DNA of 32,000 nucleotides. It comes from Geotalea daltonii FRC-32 (GTDB lineage: Bacteria > Desulfobacterota > Desulfuromonadia > Geobacterales > Geobacteraceae). The first letter of the stretch is position 1. Every line of letters begins with the position of its first letter. The notes beneath the pieces were generated by a model. It was given only the letters and a program-made list of their open reading frames with translations, had not been told where the DNA came from and searched no databases. The translations under genes were made by a program, and so were the position numbers. Shown piece after piece: positions 11,804 to 20,514 of this stretch. Location of the stretch: assembly GCF_000022265.1 (NCBI RefSeq), contig NC_011979.1:1-32000 (forward strand), given 5' to 3'.

Positions 11804-14059
11804 ATGCAATTCAGCCTCAGCATAAGAAGCAAACTTTTTCTATCCATACTGCTCATTCTTGTAGTCTCCTATACAACCCTCCTCTTTACCACCGTCGAAG
11901 GGCTCGAAAGCCATATCGAACACGATATCGGCAAGGGGCTGGAAGCACATCTCAATTATGCCCGCAGTCAGTTTTACGTCCGTGCCGAGCAAATCAAATA
12001 TTCCCTGATGCAGCCGATTATGGCTCCTCCTGTGCAACAGCACTTGATCAGGCGGGATTCCGTCTGGTTGAAGGACGCCATGCGCCGCTGGAAAAAGGTA
12101 CTCCCCTTTGTTGATGTGCTCACTATTATCGATCCACAAAACAGGGTCATTGCTAGATACAATAATCAACAGCGCGGCGACCTGTTCGGGATCCATGAGA
12201 TCGTCAGGCAGATGTACAGGGACAAGAAAGCGGTGATATCCATCGAACTGGTGGATAAGGAATTTCTGCAACAGGAAGAAGATCCTGCCGGCACCGATAC
12301 GGAAGCAATGGTGGTGTTGGTCGCGATTCCAGTTTTCAATGCTGACGGGACATTACTTGGGGGAGTCGTCGCCGGAGACAAGATCAACAACGATCCGTAT
12401 CTCCCCTTCCAGATCCAGGAAATCTTCGGCGAAGAGGCAGAGGTGGCGGTGAGCCAGCGTGGTATGCGCATTGCCAGCAACCGTGCGGAAGACAACATCC
12501 AGACTGCTACCGTGGAATCCCATGTCATCGAAAGATTGCAAAAGGGCTATTCCTACCGGGGCAAGGCGGAAATCGGCAACAATGCATATGAGACGGTCTT
12601 CGAGCCATTGACCAACAGTCGCGGCGAATTTGTCGGCTCGCTTTCAGTGGCCCTGTCCAGGGAAAATATGCAGAAGATACGGGTGGACAGCCTGAAAAAC
12701 ATACTGATGTCGGCAATTGTCGGCATCCTGCTCTCCTTTGTCATTGCCTTTATTGCCGCACGAAAGTTCGCCGGGCCGATCCTCGAACTGGCAAACGGGG
12801 CCAGGCGCATAGAGTTAGGGGACCTGAGTCAGCGTGTAATGGTGAGGAACAATGATGAGATCGGAGATCTGGCCGGTTCCTTCAACAGGATGGTGAATGC
12901 CCTGGCCGAAAGGGACAGCATCATTTCCAGGAAGAACAATGACCTGCAGGAACTGAACGGGCTCCTGGAAAAGAAGGTGTCCCTGAGAACCGCAGAACTA
13001 AGCATGGAAATGGGACGGCTCGAAACCATCCTGACCAGCATGGTGGAAGGGGTGCTCGTTACCGACAGCGACAGCCGGGTTATCCTGTTCAATCCGGCAG
13101 CGCAGGCGATTCTCGGTATTGTTCCTTACAAGGTCATAGGTCAGTCCATCGAACAGCTAGGCAATTCAGGGGAGTTTTCCAACCTTGTGCGGTGTATCCA
13201 GGAGATCAAGGAGACATGGGGCCCGGTTGCCAGCCGACAGGAGGATCTTACCCTGAAAGGGAAAAAACTGAAGATAAACCTGGCACCCATGGCTCGGGAA
13301 GGAAATGAGTTTGCAGGAATCGTCATGTCTCTCAGGGACATAACAGCGGAAGAAGAGATCGATCGGATGAAAACCGAATTCATATCGACCGTTTCCCATG
13401 AGCTGAAAACACCCCTTACCTCCATGAAGGGATCGCTACAGCTGCTGCTCAACAGGGGCAAATGGCTGACCGAAACGGAACGGCAGCTCCTCTCCGTCTG
13501 CCTGCGCAATACCCAGCGTCTCATAAGGATGATCAGCGAAATACTCGATATCTCCAGGATGGAATCCGGAGGGATGGATTTCACGTTCAAACCTCTTTCC
13601 ATGGGAGAACTGGTGGTCTACGCCATAGAGGAGATAAAGACTTTCGCCCATAACCGGAGTATTTCCATCGTCAACAGCCTTGGGGATCATCTGCCGCTTG
13701 TATATGGCGATCACGACCGGTTGATCCAGGTTCTGACAAATCTCCTTTCAAATGCGGTTAAATTTTCCCCGGAAGGTAAAATAGTCATGGTACTTGCAGA
13801 AAGGGAAGGAAACTATCTGGTCGTTTCAGTGACCGATCGGGCCAGGGCGATCCAATGGTCAGACCGGGAGAAGCTTTTCAAAAAATTCCAGCAGCTTGAA
13901 TCGGACCAGCCAATGCAGGGGGGCACGGGACTGGGGCTTGCCATCTGCAAGGAAATCATCGAAAAACATCACGGCAAAATTTATTACAATGCCGGTAAAG
14001 AAGGGGGTAATGTCTTCTCCTTCACGGTACCAATATACGAGGAAAACCATGGCAAATAA
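11804..14059 (+). CDS. Membrane sensor histidine kinase (TM, ~285-aa periplasmic sensor, TM, HAMP, PAS, HisKA, HATPase)
   Basis: Two hydrophobic segments (LFLSILLILVVSYTTLLF and ILMSAIVGILLSFVIAFIAA) flank a Cache-like periplasmic region. Then come a HAMP domain (GDLSQRV...EIGDLAGSFNRMV), a PAS domain, the H-box STVSHELKTPLTS, the N-box LLSNAVKFSP and the G2 box GGTGLGLAI. I chose the ATG at 11804; the ORF track extends to a TTG at 11783. The G1 box is aberrant (see findings). Confidence 0.9.
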   Translation: MQFSLSIRSKLFLSILLILVVSYTTLLFTTVEGLESHIEHDIGKGLEAHLNYARSQFYVRAEQIKYSLMQPIMAPPVQQHLIRRDSVWLKDAMRRWKKVLPFVDVLTIIDPQNRVIARYNNQQRGDLFGIHEIVRQMYRDKKAVISIELVDKEFLQQEEDPAGTDTEAMVVLVAIPVFNADGTLLGGVVAGDKINNDPYLPFQIQEIFGEEAEVAVSQRGMRIASNRAEDNIQTATVESHVIERLQKGYSYRGKAEIGNNAYETVFEPLTNSRGEFVGSLSVALSRENMQKIRVDSLKNILMSAIVGILLSFVIAFIAARKFAGPILELANGARRIELGDLSQRVMVRNNDEIGDLAGSFNRMVNALAERDSIISRKNNDLQELNGLLEKKVSLRTAELSMEMGRLETILTSMVEGVLVTDSDSRVILFNPAAQAILGIVPYKVIGQSIEQLGNSGEFSNLVRCIQEIKETWGPVASRQEDLTLKGKKLKINLAPMAREGNEFAGIVMSLRDITAEEEIDRMKTEFISTVSHELKTPLTSMKGSLQLLLNRGKWLTETERQLLSVCLRNTQRLIRMISEILDISRMESGGMDFTFKPLSMGELVVYAIEEIKTFAHNRSISIVNSLGDHLPLVYGDHDRLIQVLTNLLSNAVKFSPEGKIVMVLAEREGNYLVVSVTDRARAIQWSDREKLFKKFQQLESDQPMQGGTGLGLAICKEIIEKHHGKIYYNAGKEGGNVFSFTVPIYEENHGK

Positions 14060-15599
14060 AAAGATACTTATTGTTGATGATGAGCCGGATATAGCTCTTA
14101 TTCTCAAGCTGCAGCTGGAGGATGCCGGATACAGAACCGCCATTGCCAGGGATGGTGTAGAAGGGCTGGAGGCGATTGACCGTGACCGGTTTTCCCTGGT
14201 GCTGCTTGATATCAAGATGCCGCGCATCGATGGCCTGCAGATGCTTGAGAGGGTCCAGAACCTTCATCCGGAGGTTGCGGTTGTCATGATGACAGCCCAC
14301 GGTAGTGAGGATATAGCCGTGGAAGCCATGAAGAATGGTGCATTGGATTACATAGCCAAACCCTTTTCCACTGAGGATGTGCTGCAGAAGGTGGAACGGG
14401 CAATTCAGCTGAACAAGGCAAAAAGGGACAATATCCGGCTGCAACAGCAGCTGGATGAAGAGCGACAAAAAATGGAGGCCGTACTGCAGGGGATGGCAGA
14501 CCTTCTTCTGGCCGTGGATCCGGAGGGAAGAATAATCACGGTTAACCTCAAGTCGGAACAGGTGCTGGGCCTTAACCGGGACCAACTTCTGGGCATGCCT
14601 GTGGAAGAGGCCTTAAGGGCCGATATCGCCGCGGAGTCCATTCCCTGCCGTGTGGTTCTGAGGAGCGGCCAGCCCTGTCTGGACGTTTACTATACGATAC
14701 AGGCAGAGACTGCGGCGATCCCGGTTTCTTCCAGCGCTTCGCCTTTGTTCAACGCTTCCGGCCAACTTACCGGCAGCGTGGAGATCATTCGGGACATTTC
14801 GGCATACAAAGCGTTGGAACAGGAAAAGGAAGACTTCGTCAGCATGCTGTCCCACGACCTAAAGGCGCCGATTACTGCAGTTGTCGGTTCGGTGGACTTG
14901 GTGCGGGAAGGGCGCCTGGGGCCGGTAAACGAGGACCAGAGGGAATACCTGGAATCATCCATGGAAAGTTGTGCCGAGATGGTAGAGATGATCGATACCC
15001 TGCTGGGAGTGCATAAATTCGAAGCGGGGAAGATGCTCATGCATTTCAAGGAAGAGATGCCAAGCCAACTCATCCAGCGGACCATGACCAGGTTTCTGAC
15101 TGTAGCAAGAAGAGCGCAGCTCAGGCTCTTTGCTACGGTACAGGACCACCTGCCGGCAATTTCCGCTGATCGTGCCACCTTTTCCAGGCTTCTTGGCAAT
15201 CTTATCTCTAACGCGCTGAAATTTACGGCTGAGGGAGGTGAGATCGAGATTTCCGCTGTGGCCGTAAACGATCCGGAAACGATCAGAGGAAAGATTCCGG
15301 CAAGATACGGAGCGCAAAAGCTGACCCTGGACAAACCGATGGTCCAGATAACGGTCAGGGATACCGGCGAAGGGATAGCCGAAGATTCTCTGGAGGATAT
15401 TTTCGACCGTTTCGTTCAGGCCAGGAACCGGCGCCAGGGCAAAAGCAGCGGAACCGGTCTGGGATTAACCTTCTGTAGAAAGGTTATGGATGCCCATCAG
15501 GGCTTTATCTGGGCAGAAAGCATCGTTGGCCGGGGAAGCCGGTTCATCATGCTGTTTCCGGCGATAGTCGAATCAGACGAGGTAGAGCATCATGAATAG
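14049..15599 (+). CDS. Receiver-fused histidine kinase (REC, PAS, HisKA, HATPase)
   Basis: The start MANKKILIVDDEPD has a GAGGA RBS 6 nt upstream, and the ATG at 14049 overlaps the preceding kinase by 11 nt. The REC domain has LLDIKMP and the K in DYIAKPF. Also present are the H-box SMLSHDLKAPIT, G1 DTGEGI and G2 GTGLGL. The upstream extension to 13896 in the ORF track is out-of-frame overlap with the previous gene. Confidence 0.9.
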   Translation: MANKKILIVDDEPDIALILKLQLEDAGYRTAIARDGVEGLEAIDRDRFSLVLLDIKMPRIDGLQMLERVQNLHPEVAVVMMTAHGSEDIAVEAMKNGALDYIAKPFSTEDVLQKVERAIQLNKAKRDNIRLQQQLDEERQKMEAVLQGMADLLLAVDPEGRIITVNLKSEQVLGLNRDQLLGMPVEEALRADIAAESIPCRVVLRSGQPCLDVYYTIQAETAAIPVSSSASPLFNASGQLTGSVEIIRDISAYKALEQEKEDFVSMLSHDLKAPITAVVGSVDLVREGRLGPVNEDQREYLESSMESCAEMVEMIDTLLGVHKFEAGKMLMHFKEEMPSQLIQRTMTRFLTVARRAQLRLFATVQDHLPAISADRATFSRLLGNLISNALKFTAEGGEIEISAVAVNDPETIRGKIPARYGAQKLTLDKPMVQITVRDTGEGIAEDSLEDIFDRFVQARNRRQGKSSGTGLGLTFCRKVMDAHQGFIWAESIVGRGSRFIMLFPAIVESDEVEHHE

Positions 15600-15617
15600 C
15601 TGAAGATCGAGAGGCTT

Positions 15618-17453
15618 ATGGAACGGGCATTCAAAATCTCGCTGAAGATCACTGTTATCTACATCCTGGTGGGAGCAGTCTGGATCCTCTTTTCCGATGA
15701 ACTGCTTGCATACCTGGTGCAAGATGTTCGTACCATCAAGCTCGTTTCAATTTCCAAGGGATGGTTCTTTGTGGCCGCCACCGGGTTGATGCTTTATTTT
15801 CTGGTCAGGCGCCATATGCTCCTTCTTATTCGGTCTGAAACTGCTGTCAGGGAGCGTAACCGGGAGCTGGCCAGGACAGAAGAGGAATTGCGCCGCCAGA
15901 TCGTCGAGCAGCAAAAAACGGAAGCGAAACTGCACGGCGCAAACCAGAGGTTAAGGACACTGTTTCATACTTCACCGCTGGCCATAGTAGCCCTGGACCC
16001 GGGCGGCAGGGTAACCCAGTGGAATAAAGCTGCACAATCGCTTTTTGGTTGGACAGCTGAGGAAATCAAGGGGAGCCCCTACCCTCTTCTTCCTGAATGG
16101 AGCTTGGAAGAGCAAAGACAATTCATGGAAAAGACCCTGCGGGGGGAAGTATCCAATGACATTCAGGTACGCCGGAAGAAGAAAAACGGGGAACTGCTGG
16201 ATGTGAGCCTTTCCATAGCTCCGACCCGTGACGCAGACGGAGCCGTTACCGGCATTATGGCCATATTGGCTGACATCACCGAGCGCAGAAAGGCGGAAGA
16301 GGCTTCACAGGCCTCGAAACAACTCTATGTGGAGCTGGTCGATTCCATAGATGGCATCGTCTGGGAGCTTGATTACAAAACCTTCTGCTTCACTTTTGTC
16401 AGCAAAAGGGCGGAGGAACTGCTCGGCTATCCGGCAGAAGAGTGGCTGAAGAGCAGTTCCTTCTGGCAGGATCATCTTCATCCTGCAGACCGTGACGGAA
16501 CGGTTCGCCTCTGCCTCGCAGCCTCGGATCAGGGCAAGAACCACGAACTGGTCTATAGATTCCTTGCCGCCAACGGTGATTACGTCTGGTTGCGCGACAT
16601 CGTCACCGTCAGCACCGAAAAAGGCCATGTGGCGAAGCTGCGTGGCGTCATGTTTGACATCACCACACAAAAGATAGCAGCGGAAGCCTTGCTGGCCTCG
16701 GAAGAGCGCTACCGCAGCCTTAATGCGGAGCTTGAAAAACGGGTTATGGAACGCACTGCTCAGCTGGAAGAGGCCAACAGGGAGCTTGAATCCTTCAGTT
16801 ACTCGGTCTCCCACGATCTCAGGGCACCCCTACGCCATATTGAAGGTTTCAGCCAGCTGCTCCTGGAAGACTACGGGAAACAGCTAGATGAAGAAGGACA
16901 AAGCCATTTGCTGCGCCTGAAACGAGCCAGCCAGCGCATGTCGCAGCTTATCGACGATCTGCTGGAGCTGTCGCGGGTCACCCGGTCAGAGCTGAATTGC
17001 CAGGCGACGAATTTGAGCAGAATGGCGCACCTGGTTCTGCTTGAATTGGGGCAATCCCAGCCAGAGCGCAAGGTGAAGTGGGAAATAGCCGAAGATGTCA
17101 TGGCCGATGGTGATGCAAGGTTGCTCAGGGTTGTCATGGAAAATCTTCTCGGCAATGCTTGGAAATACACGGCAAGAAACGAGGAAGCCATCATTGAATT
17201 CGGTAGCTATATGGACAGGGGAGCTGCCATCTATTATGTCAGGGACAATGGGGCAGGTTTCGATATGAAGTACGCAGACAAGTTGTTCGCCCCCTTCCAG
17301 AGATTGCACAGAACTGAAGAATTCGAGGGAACCGGGATTGGGCTGGCCACAGTGAAAAGGATTGTCGGCAGGCACGGTGGAAGGATCTGGGCTGAAAGTG
17401 CGCCAGAGGCGGGAGCAACTTTTTATTTCACGCTGTCCGGGGTGGGGGAATGA
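15618..17453 (+). CDS. Membrane PAS-PAS sensor histidine kinase
   Basis: 611 aa with two N-terminal TM segments (ITVIYILVGAVWILF and WFFVAATGLMLYFLV), a coiled coil and two PAS domains (each ending in a DITERRK/DITTQK-type motif). The H-box is SYSVSHDLRAPLRHI, the N-box LLGNAWKYT, G1 DNGAGF and G2 GTGIGLA. Confidence 0.9.
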   Translation: MERAFKISLKITVIYILVGAVWILFSDELLAYLVQDVRTIKLVSISKGWFFVAATGLMLYFLVRRHMLLLIRSETAVRERNRELARTEEELRRQIVEQQKTEAKLHGANQRLRTLFHTSPLAIVALDPGGRVTQWNKAAQSLFGWTAEEIKGSPYPLLPEWSLEEQRQFMEKTLRGEVSNDIQVRRKKKNGELLDVSLSIAPTRDADGAVTGIMAILADITERRKAEEASQASKQLYVELVDSIDGIVWELDYKTFCFTFVSKRAEELLGYPAEEWLKSSSFWQDHLHPADRDGTVRLCLAASDQGKNHELVYRFLAANGDYVWLRDIVTVSTEKGHVAKLRGVMFDITTQKIAAEALLASEERYRSLNAELEKRVMERTAQLEEANRELESFSYSVSHDLRAPLRHIEGFSQLLLEDYGKQLDEEGQSHLLRLKRASQRMSQLIDDLLELSRVTRSELNCQATNLSRMAHLVLLELGQSQPERKVKWEIAEDVMADGDARLLRVVMENLLGNAWKYTARNEEAIIEFGSYMDRGAAIYYVRDNGAGFDMKYADKLFAPFQRLHRTEEFEGTGIGLATVKRIVGRHGGRIWAESAPEAGATFYFTLSGVGE

Positions 17454-18001
17454 AGCGACCATTGAGAATTCTTTTGGTGGAGGACTCGGAAGAAGATGTG
17501 CTGCTCTTGCTCAGGGTGCTGAAAGATGGAGGCTTTGAGCCTGTCTGGCAAAGGGTGGAGACTGCGGCAGATATGGGTCGCGCTCTCGCCGAACAAAAAT
17601 GGGATCTGGTGATCTCCGATTACAACATGCCCCAGTTCGATGCCCTTGAAGCCCTGAATATTCTTCATGGAAGCAATCTGGACCTACCTTTCATTATCGT
17701 TTCCGGTAAAATCGGCGAGGATCTGGCAATTGCAGCCATGAAATCGGGAGCCCACGATTACCTGATGAAAGACAACCTTTCCCGGCTTATGCCCGCTGTT
17801 GACCGTGAACTCAGGGAGGCCGCCGACCGGCAGAAGCACAGGTCAGCACAGGAAGACATCCGACGGGGGAAGATGCAGTGGGAGGCAGTTTTCGATTCGG
17901 TTTCCGACCTTATTATCATCACCGACACCGAGGGGCGGATAACCCTGCTGTTCTTATGCCGACATTCTCGGACGGAATATCGGCAGGCTCTTTTATGGTG
18001 A
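17450..18001 (+). CDS. Response-regulator receiver domain plus the start of a PAS domain (5' fragment of a disrupted REC-PAS-GAF-kinase gene)
   Basis: The ATG overlaps the stop of the previous kinase (ATGA at 17450-17453). The REC motifs are LLVEDSEED, VISDYNMP and SGKIGEDLAIAAMKSGAHDYLMK. A PAS domain begins at WEAVFDSVSDLIIITDTEGRIT, then the frame degenerates (LLFLCRHSRTEYRQALLW-stop). Confidence 0.8.
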   Translation: MKRPLRILLVEDSEEDVLLLLRVLKDGGFEPVWQRVETAADMGRALAEQKWDLVISDYNMPQFDALEALNILHGSNLDLPFIIVSGKIGEDLAIAAMKSGAHDYLMKDNLSRLMPAVDRELREAADRQKHRSAQEDIRRGKMQWEAVFDSVSDLIIITDTEGRITLLFLCRHSRTEYRQALLW

Positions 18002-18113
18002 GGAAAACATTTCATCCAGGACCTTTCTCTTTCCCCACAAATTTCATGCAGCGGCTGAAGAGGATCTTGTCTTTCCCCTGCTTAACGGCTGGTTCAGTGT
18101 TGCCAGCTATCCG

Positions 18114-19577
18114 ATGAATGTGGAGAATGAGCCGGTCGGCATTGTTTTCATCATCAGGGACATTACCAAGCGTAAACGGATGGAGGAAGAAAAAAGGGTC
18201 ATCGACCGGGAGCTGTTGACACTTTATGCCATTGCTTTCCGGCTTAACACCAAGCAGAGCCTGGAAAAGATCATGGAGGACCTTCTTTTTCAGCTGCATA
18301 ACATGCTCCGTATCGAGTTTTCCTGCATCCAAACCCTGCGCCATAAGGAATTGAAGCTGACTGCCTCTCTGGGGCTCGATCCGGAGCTGGAAAAGGTGTT
18401 GAAGAGCCTTCCCGTGGATACTCCGTGGGTTAAAAGCATGCTGAAGGGCAAGTTGGCCAAAGCCAGAACTCCGGCCAGACTTCTTCCGGCCAACGTGGCC
18501 CAAGCCATAACCCGAGTGGGCATTACCGCCTGGTGCACCATTCCTCTCAGGATTGGAAGCGAAGTAATCGGGGTGATGATGGTTGCCTCCAGTGCCAAGA
18601 AGAGTTACTCCGACCGCGAGGTTTTCCTGCTGACCCTGATTGCAAACCAGTTGGCTGTCCTCATAGAAAACTACACCCTTTACGATCAGATGCGGGAAAA
18701 GGCCACGGAGCTGCAAAGGAGCCGCAAGGCGCTCAAGGAAAATCTGCTTGAGGTCAAGCGGGCAAACATAGAGCTTGATCGTCTCAACGTGGCCAAAAAC
18801 AATTTCATCGGCATGGCCTCCCATGAGCTGAAAACGCCTATCACCTCCATAATGGGAGGAGTACAGTTCCTTCTCAAATACGGCGGCTTGCAGATGACCC
18901 CGGAGCAGGAGAACATCCTTATTTCAGTCTATGAGGGAATAGGTCAGCTGAAGTGTCTGGTGGAAAACCTTCTCTCCATTTCGAGAATTGAGGCGAAGGA
19001 GATAATTCCCCATAAAAAGCCTCTCCGACTGCTTGTGCTCTGCAAAGAGGTGTATGGGAACTTCAGCCTTCCCCTGACCGGAAGAAAAATCACCGTCGAT
19101 TTCACCGGCGCTGAAGATGAAGTGCCAGTTGATGAGAGCCTTGCCAGTCTGGCCATTAGAAACCTTCTAGAAAATGCGATAAAATTTACTCCTGATGGGG
19201 GTGAGGTTCAGATCCGGGGAGAGGTGTTGGGAAAAAAGGATATTGTCTCCCAATCCAGGACCATCGGCCCATTCTATCGGAATTTCCCCAAGAATCTTAG
19301 CGGCAGCTGCTTTTACCGTCTCAATGTTACCGATAACGGCATCGGCATCCCTGCTGAAGAACAGGTAAGAATCTTCGAAAAATTCTACGGTGTCGGGGAC
19401 ATTGCTTACCATTCCTCCGGTACTTCGGATTTCATGTCAAAAGGGACCGGGCTCGGCTTATCCATCGTCCGCGGCGTTATGGATGCCCATGGTGGACTGG
19501 TCTGGGTCAGCCAGAGAAAGGATGCCAACGGCAGCGTTTTTACCCTGCTCTTTCCAATGGACAGTGATTGCCTATGA
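18114..19577 (+). CDS. GAF-HisKA-HATPase histidine kinase (3' fragment; its frame is open from 17943 and encodes the rest of the PAS domain)
   Basis: The first ATG in frame is at 18114. The same frame read from 17943 gives ...SYADILGRNIGRLFYGEEN...GWFSVASYPMNVENEPVGIVFIIRDITKRKRME, the missing C-terminal part of the PAS domain. Downstream are a GAF-like region, the H-box GMASHELKTPITS, N-box LLENAIKFTP, G1 DNGIGI and G2 KGTGLGLSI. Confidence 0.8.
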   Translation: MNVENEPVGIVFIIRDITKRKRMEEEKRVIDRELLTLYAIAFRLNTKQSLEKIMEDLLFQLHNMLRIEFSCIQTLRHKELKLTASLGLDPELEKVLKSLPVDTPWVKSMLKGKLAKARTPARLLPANVAQAITRVGITAWCTIPLRIGSEVIGVMMVASSAKKSYSDREVFLLTLIANQLAVLIENYTLYDQMREKATELQRSRKALKENLLEVKRANIELDRLNVAKNNFIGMASHELKTPITSIMGGVQFLLKYGGLQMTPEQENILISVYEGIGQLKCLVENLLSISRIEAKEIIPHKKPLRLLVLCKEVYGNFSLPLTGRKITVDFTGAEDEVPVDESLASLAIRNLLENAIKFTPDGGEVQIRGEVLGKKDIVSQSRTIGPFYRNFPKNLSGSCFYRLNVTDNGIGIPAEEQVRIFEKFYGVGDIAYHSSGTSDFMSKGTGLGLSIVRGVMDAHGGLVWVSQRKDANGSVFTLLFPMDSDCL

Positions 19578-20503
19578 CAAATCCGGCAGTTTCCATCAAA
19601 TCGGTGTCGAAGGCCTATGGCTCATTTGCCGCCGTGGGTAATTTTTCCCTCGAAGTGGAGCGGGGGATGATTTTTGCCCTGCTTGGGCCCAACGGTGCCG
19701 GCAAAACGACGCTGATCAAGATCCTGACCACACTCATGCGTCCGACCAGTGGCGACGCCTTCATCGAAGGCTACAGCGTTTTAGGGCAGGCCAAGCAGGT
19801 TCGCCGCCTCATCGGTGTTGTGCCCCAGGAAAACAACCTGGACCGGTATCTTACCGCCAGGGAAAACCTGGTGTTTCATGCCCGGATGCATGGAATGTCT
19901 CCACACCTGTACAATCAGCGCATTGATCGCCTGCTGGAACTGATCGGTCTGGCCAACCGGCAAAACGACTTTCCCGACACCTTTTCCGGCGGTATGCAGC
20001 GGCGCCTGGTGGTGGCCAGGGCGCTGGTTCACGAACCGCAGGTGCTGTTCCTGGATGAACCGACCACCGGCCTAGACCCCCAGTCACGGCGGGTTCTCTG
20101 GGATTACATCCAGACCTTGCGCAGCCGCATGACCATCTTCCTTACCACCCATTACATGGACGAGGCAGATACATTTTGCGACCGGATCATGATCATGGAC
20201 CACGGTAAGGCACTGGTTGACGGCACAGCTTCTGCCCTCAAAGAAGCCCTTTCCCGTGCCCATATCTACGAAGTGGAGTTTCGCAATCATAGTGACCATT
20301 ATGAAGAGATCCTGCACAGCTTGTCTTTCGTCGATTCCCTGGAGCGGAACGGCAATATTTTTCGTCTGGCCCTGGCCGGCGAAGAGAGCCTCAAGCCATT
20401 GATGGACTGCCTGGGCAGCAACGATGTGCGCAAGATTTGCCTTCAGGAGCCGACCCTTGAGGATGTCTTTCTGGAGCTGACCGGGCGCACCATAAGAGAA
20501 TAG
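19574..20503 (+). CDS. ABC transporter ATP-binding protein (ABC-2 / DrrA-NodI-like)
   Basis: Walker A GPNGAGKTT, Q-loop, signature FSGGMQRRL, Walker B LFLDEPTTGLD and an H-loop region TTHYMDEA. The ATG at 19574 forms an ATGA overlap with the kinase stop codon. The ORF track begins at a TTG at 19568. Confidence 0.92.
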   Translation: MTNPAVSIKSVSKAYGSFAAVGNFSLEVERGMIFALLGPNGAGKTTLIKILTTLMRPTSGDAFIEGYSVLGQAKQVRRLIGVVPQENNLDRYLTARENLVFHARMHGMSPHLYNQRIDRLLELIGLANRQNDFPDTFSGGMQRRLVVARALVHEPQVLFLDEPTTGLDPQSRRVLWDYIQTLRSRMTIFLTTHYMDEADTFCDRIMIMDHGKALVDGTASALKEALSRAHIYEVEFRNHSDHYEEILHSLSFVDSLERNGNIFRLALAGEESLKPLMDCLGSNDVRKICLQEPTLEDVFLELTGRTIRE

Positions 20504-20514
20504 ACGGAGGAGCA

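Larger units (their letters stand above)
17450..19577 (+). pseudogene. Alternative reading of the two fragments above: one REC-PAS-GAF-HisKA-HATPase gene interrupted by a +1 frame change near 17945-17958
   Basis: The PAS domain is split between frame 2 (up to GRITLL) and frame 0 (from SYADILG). Frame 0 has a stop at 17940-17942 and frame 2 has a stop at 17999-18001, so the two frames overlap by only about 60 nt. Removing one nucleotide would restore a ~709-aa protein. Confidence 0.6.

Noticed and set aside
13896-14048. N-terminal extensions in the ORF track: 13896 for kinase 2, 23430 for the small secreted protein, 21315 for the radical SAM gene, 24505 for norB, 19568 for the ABC ATPase, and 11783 for kinase 1.
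   Set aside because: Each extension either overlaps the upstream gene out of frame or lacks an RBS. The internal ATG or GTG starts have SD sequences, ATGA-type coupling, or begin exactly at the conserved domain.
17939-17960. Programmed ribosomal frameshifting as the explanation for the frame change in kinase 4.
   Set aside because: I see no slippery heptamer, no in-frame stop or prfB-like CUU-UGA context, and no internal SD-like stimulator or downstream structure. A mutation or sequencing error is the simpler explanation.
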